From Desulfurococcales archaeon (GTDB lineage: Archaea; Thermoproteota; Thermoprotei_A; Sulfolobales; Desulfurococcaceae): 64,000 bases of DNA. This document shows, in pieces, positions 59,861-64,000 of the stretch. A model generated the notes under the pieces. That model saw only the letters and a list, made by a program, of their open reading frames with translations, did not search any database and had not been told where the DNA came from. A program made the position numbers and the translations under genes. Positions within the stretch are counted from its first letter, which is position 1. Each line of letters starts with the position of its first letter. The stretch is taken from NCBI GenBank assembly GCA_027022365.1, contig JALVYU010000007.1, positions 96,001 through 160,000 on the forward strand, in the 5' to 3' direction.

Positions 59861-60903
59861 TATAGCCTCCCTATGGTTCTCCCGATCAGTAGTCCATCTT
59901 GATCCTCAGTAACGTATGCGGCCACAATATCTCCCGGTTTGAGCCTACCTCTCCTGAGGGTTATGAGCCATTCTTTACCCATCGTTACACCAATATACTC
60001 GCCCCTGAATACGCCTCTTGATAGCACCTTTGCATAGACTCTATCACCTTTTTTGAAAGGGGCTGGATAGCGACGTGCTTTCCTCATTCCCCATTCCTCC
60101 AAGCTCCACCTGAGCTTCACTCCGAGTCTTGCCTCGAGCTCCTCTATTTTCTCCCAGAAACAACGCCAGCTCAACGGCTTCACTCCCGGTAGTTTTCTCC
60201 CATACTTATGGGCGTTGTACTTCTGGATCGTCACGGGAGGCCATCTCTTTCCAGCCCCTATCCTTATAGCCCATTTGATAACCTGGACGACATCATCATC
60301 GTTCACGCCGGGAATCCAGACAGGCGTCACATGAAGGTCAATATTTGTTTCTCTGACAAGGTATTCCGCCATCTCCATGACACGTTTAACGTTATACCAA
60401 GGTGTGCCCTGGAGAAAGCGGGCCTTCTCCGGGTTTAGCGTATCTATGCTTAGGTTGATCCTATCGAGGCCTGCATCGTCAAGCCGATCAATAGTTTTTC
60501 TTGTAAGGAGAGCGCCGTGTGTTTCAAGGGCTACACTCGAAACGTATGGACGGGTCTTAAGCTCCTTAATGAGACGTGTTATCCACGGATACGTTAGTGC
60601 TTCGCCAATAGTATCGATGAGCGCCTCTATACTTGTCTCCTTGTACCTCGCCACAATGTCAACAGTATTCAGCAGACCCTCGAGCCCGACAATGAACTCG
60701 GCCCACCTATTAATGGATAATGGACCCGCGTCTACGCTGCAGAAAATACAGCTGAGAGGACATATGGTCGTTGGTCTTACCTGTAGGACATTTGTTCCAC
60801 GATCAATTACTCCAAACCCTATATACCCCAGTAGCTTGTCGCCCTTTACAAAATATAGTGGCCTTCTACCCCAAAGCAGCGTTCTCTCCACGACCTCTAT
60901 CAA
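59860..60903 (-). CDS. Radical SAM protein with C-terminal TRAM-like domain
   Basis: CPLSCIFC cluster motif; 'FGVIDRGTNVLQVRP'. Confidence 0.88.
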   Translation of the reverse strand: MIEVVERTLLWGRRPLYFVKGDKLLGYIGFGVIDRGTNVLQVRPTTICPLSCIFCSVDAGPLSINRWAEFIVGLEGLLNTVDIVARYKETSIEALIDTIGEALTYPWITRLIKELKTRPYVSSVALETHGALLTRKTIDRLDDAGLDRINLSIDTLNPEKARFLQGTPWYNVKRVMEMAEYLVRETNIDLHVTPVWIPGVNDDDVVQVIKWAIRIGAGKRWPPVTIQKYNAHKYGRKLPGVKPLSWRCFWEKIEELEARLGVKLRWSLEEWGMRKARRYPAPFKKGDRVYAKVLSRGVFRGEYIGVTMGKEWLITLRRGRLKPGDIVAAYVTEDQDGLLIGRTIGRL

Positions 60904-61459
60904 GTCTCACACCCATCTGCCTAGCAATTATTTTTGGACAAATAGGCTTTAAAGACAATATAGATGCTTTCGGCTCGCTTAAACCTCTAATGTAAAGGAA
61001 GATTGTCCTAATGATTCCAGCTTCATCGATTATTCTCTTGACAAGCACTGGAGTCCATGACTTAATCGGGAAATCAATAGTTATGATCCGCGTTCCAAGG
61101 GCGAGTTCTCTTTCAAGCTTAGGGGCTAGAGCTTCATTAATGGATGGATAGAGGTATTGATACACTATGGTTGCATTGCCGAGGTATACATCGTAGAAAC
61201 TGGCTTCGAGGACGCCGATACGGTCTCTTAAACCAAGCTCCTCAGCCTTATACCTTATCAGCATGGCTAGATCATGCTCTATCTCCACGGCAATAGCGTG
61301 TGCCCCCATCCTCGCAGCCTCTATTACTACGCGCCCATCGCCTGCCCCTAAATCATACAGTACATCTCCCGGCCCACACCTGGATATTTCAAGCGCCTTC
61401 CTAACAACACTAATAGGTGTCGGTATAAACGGTGGTTTCTTCAAGCTCATTAGGGACAC
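60866..61459 (-). CDS. Class I methyltransferase (protein-lysine MTase, aKMT/FAM173-like)
   Basis: PFIPTP, YDLGAGDGR and YL.P..N..L.PKL..EL..G motifs. Confidence 0.8.
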   Translation of the reverse strand: MSLMSLKKPPFIPTPISVVRKALEISRCGPGDVLYDLGAGDGRVVIEAARMGAHAIAVEIEHDLAMLIRYKAEELGLRDRIGVLEASFYDVYLGNATIVYQYLYPSINEALAPKLERELALGTRIITIDFPIKSWTPVLVKRIIDEAGIIRTIFLYIRGLSEPKASILSLKPICPKIIARQMGVRLDRGRGENAALG

Positions 61460-61583
61460 CGCTGATCTTCATAGTTTCTATTAATAGAATCAAGTTTATA
61501 AAAGAGAGTCCATAGTTTTACTACGGGGATAAAGAAAGAATTGTATTGCGTACTTGTCACTCCCTCTAATGGGGTGTTTATGA

Positions 61584-62552
61584 GTGTCAGAGACATTGCT
61601 AGAAGTGAAGAACCTGAAAACATATTTCTATACCACTAAGGGTGTCGTTAAAGCCGTTGACGGTGTTTCTTTTAAGCTCAACAAGGGCGAGGTCCTGGGC
61701 ATAGCTGGCGAGTCGGGATGTGGTAAGAGCACTACTGCTTACTCTCTCATCAGATTGGTACCTCCACCCGGCAAGATCGTTGATGGAGAACTAATATTTG
61801 AAGGACGCGATATACTGAAGCTTAGTGAAGAGGATTTCAGGAAGCAGATCAGGTGGAAGAAGATATCAATGGTATTCCAGGGAGCAATGAACGCGTTAAA
61901 CCCAGTATACACCGTCGGTGACCAGATAGCAGAAGTGCTGATGCTCCACAAGCATATGACCAAGGAAGAAGCAATGAAGGAGGTTTACAAGCTCCTAGAA
62001 ATGGTAGGCATAGATCCCAAGCGCGCCAAGAGCTATCCACATGAGCTCTCGGGCGGTATGAAGCAACGTGTAGTAATAGCAATGGCCCTAGCGCTAAGAC
62101 CGCCTCTAGTAATTGCGGACGAGCCGACCACGGCTCTCGATGTCGTTGTCCAAGCACAGATCATGAACCTGCTCAAGAGATTGCAGCGTGAGCATCAGAT
62201 GTCGATAATTCTGATCACCCACGACCTCAGCCTCATTGCGGAGATGGCTGAGAAAGTAGCGATCATGTATGCTGGTAAAATAGTTGAATATGGTACTGCG
62301 GAGCAGGTATTCCTTAATCCGCAGCATCCGTACACCAGAGGTCTACTGGCTAGTATTCCGAGGCTAACGGGTGATATACACAAGCTGGAATTCATACCTG
62401 GCGTACCACCAGACCTATCGAATCCACCGCCTGGATGCCGTTTTGCCCCGAGATGTAAGTTCAAGTTTGAGCCCTGTGATAAAGAAGAGCCGCCCGTAAT
62501 AGAGGTGGAGCCCGGTCACTATGTGTCTTGTTGGCTCCACGCAAAGAAATAA
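61584..62552 (+). CDS. oppD: Oligopeptide ABC transporter ATPase
   Basis: GESGCGKS, LSGGMKQR, ADEPT, HPYT and C-terminal Cys domain. Confidence 0.92.
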   Translation: MSETLLEVKNLKTYFYTTKGVVKAVDGVSFKLNKGEVLGIAGESGCGKSTTAYSLIRLVPPPGKIVDGELIFEGRDILKLSEEDFRKQIRWKKISMVFQGAMNALNPVYTVGDQIAEVLMLHKHMTKEEAMKEVYKLLEMVGIDPKRAKSYPHELSGGMKQRVVIAMALALRPPLVIADEPTTALDVVVQAQIMNLLKRLQREHQMSIILITHDLSLIAEMAEKVAIMYAGKIVEYGTAEQVFLNPQHPYTRGLLASIPRLTGDIHKLEFIPGVPPDLSNPPPGCRFAPRCKFKFEPCDKEEPPVIEVEPGHYVSCWLHAKK

Positions 62553-62565
62553 AGGGTGACCATGT

Positions 62566-63708
62566 ATGCCCAACATATATGTTCCCAAGCCTAGTAGTGA
62601 CACCGTCGTATACGTTAAAGACCTGCGCACATGGTTCCCTGTAAGAAGAAGCTTCATCGACGTCATTAGGAGACGTCCTCCCCTCTACGTACACGCCGTT
62701 GATGGCGTATCCTTCGACATAAAAGAAGGTGAAACCTTTGGTCTCGCCGGAGAATCCGGATGTGGTAAAACCACAACAGGTAAGACTATCCTCCGCCTCG
62801 TAGACCCTGTCGGGGGAATAATCGCTTACAGGCCGCGTGAAAGGCTCTTAAAGGAGTGGGAAGAGATAGGCTATCATCCAAAATTCATCGATCAGTACAA
62901 GAGCGTTGACATCTCAAAAATACCTAGCAAGTATCTGAAACCACTACGTAAAGAGATGCAGATGATATTCCAGGATCCGTACGGCAGTCTTAACCCGAGA
63001 TTCACAGTCTACAAGATACTCGAGGAACCACTTGTTATACACGGCATCGGTGAAACTAAGGAGGAAAGATACGATCTAATTGTGCGTGTACTGGAGCAGG
63101 TAAAGCTGACACCACCCGAGGAGTTTCTGAACAGATATCCACACATGCTCTCGGGTGGCCAGAGACAGAGAGTAGGTATTGCCAGAGCATTGCTGCTACA
63201 GCCGAGATTCATAGTAGCGGACGAGCCCACCTCGATGTTGGATGTGTCAATACGTGCAGAAATACTCGAGCTAATGATGGAGCTGAAGGAGAGGTACAAG
63301 CTGACCTATGTGTTCATCACACACGACCTCGCATTGGCTAGATATATCTGTGACAGGATCGCCATAATGTATCTAGGCAGAATAGTCGAGATGGGTAATA
63401 CACGCCGCGTTCTGGAGAACCCGTTGCACCCATATACAAAAGCTTTAATATCAGCGATCCCGGAGCCTGACCCGAGATACAGGAAGATCCTTAGAGAGCT
63501 TCCGATAAAGGGCGAAGTACCTAGCCCTATCAACATACCACCGGGATGTAGGTTCAGGCCTAGATGTGTAACATATGATAAGACAACCGAGATACAGAAG
63601 TACTGTGAGACAGAAGAACCGCCGCTGATAGAAGTCGAGAAAGATCATTACGTATCCTGCTGGCTATATGGTACACCTGAGGAGGTACGGGAGCTAATAA
63701 AGAAGTAA
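62566..63708 (+). CDS. oppF: Oligopeptide ABC transporter ATPase
   Basis: [18 protein letters not shown] and LSGGQRQR motifs. Confidence 0.92.
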   Translation: MPNIYVPKPSSDTVVYVKDLRTWFPVRRSFIDVIRRRPPLYVHAVDGVSFDIKEGETFGLAGESGCGKTTTGKTILRLVDPVGGIIAYRPRERLLKEWEEIGYHPKFIDQYKSVDISKIPSKYLKPLRKEMQMIFQDPYGSLNPRFTVYKILEEPLVIHGIGETKEERYDLIVRVLEQVKLTPPEEFLNRYPHMLSGGQRQRVGIARALLLQPRFIVADEPTSMLDVSIRAEILELMMELKERYKLTYVFITHDLALARYICDRIAIMYLGRIVEMGNTRRVLENPLHPYTKALISAIPEPDPRYRKILRELPIKGEVPSPINIPPGCRFRPRCVTYDKTTEIQKYCETEEPPLIEVEKDHYVSCWLYGTPEEVRELIKK

Positions 63709-63717
63709 TCTTCTTTG

Positions 63718-63999
63718 CTAAGTATACTCATATTTTTGGGTAGATACAAGATACAACAAGTTATAGCTCTTGAGGCACGGTTGTTTCTTCTTTTGACCAT
63801 ACGGAACCTTAGTTAGCGTGTACTGCACTAGTAATTTGAACATCAGAGCTAATGATACTAGTGCAGCTATCATTCCCGGGATCGCTAGGAATGATAGTTT
63901 GTGCTCATAGCCACTAATGTATATGGTAATATTAACTGTGCAGTCTCGGCCAGTAACTGATCCGATAGTTATGACCGAGTCGAGCGACGATATGGGATA
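63718..63999 (-). CDS. C-terminal part of a membrane protein (5' end outside window)
   Basis: Open frame of 93 codons with TM segment 'LAIPGMIAALVSLALMF'; stop at 63718-63720. Confidence 0.5.
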   Translation of the reverse strand, partial: YPISSLDSVITIGSVTGRDCTVNITIYISGYEHKLSFLAIPGMIAALVSLALMFKLLVQYTLTKVPYGQKKKQPCLKSYNLLYLVSTQKYEYT

Positions 64000-64000
64000 C

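Noticed and set aside
1-64000. CRISPR arrays, cas genes, IS elements or provirus
   Set aside because: I saw no regularly spaced repeats or hallmark genes by eye; a tool scan could still find short degenerate elements.

Overview
Gene-dense core-chromosome window from a hyperthermophilic crenarchaeon. The gene set suggests Desulfurococcales, Staphylothermus-like (inference). It carries about 65 mostly housekeeping CDSs: gatE 3' end, PPP phosphatase, thermosome, rpoK, topA, enolase, cdvABC, RNase HII, TIP49, Rio2, mat, RqcH, NucS, SmAP, NadE, UDG, DNA ligase, GPN GTPase, TBP and OppDF. I found no CRISPR array, IS element or integrase. The strongest signal outside the ORF track is a trans-spliced split tRNA-Lys(CUU). 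Its 5' half (55904-55934) and 3' half (59754-59796) lie about 3.8 kb apart on the minus strand in reversed order, each with its own TATA box. They carry a perfect 16-bp complementary trailer/leader and form a canonical bulge-helix-bulge at position 30/31. Many short intergenic gaps hold box C/D-like sRNAs (9 candidates). One has a guide antisense to the tRNA-Lys anticodon arm, and two atypical ones flank cdvABC. Unusual proteins include a stand-alone cyclase/GGDEF-like palm protein between the tRNA halves, a CxxC-less thioredoxin fold near the thermosome gene, an EMC6-like membrane protein, a Zn-ribbon Cren7-like protein and a topoisomerase IA with an N-terminal PIP-like motif. All family calls and rRNA target matches come from motif recognition and recalled consensus sequences; no searches were run.
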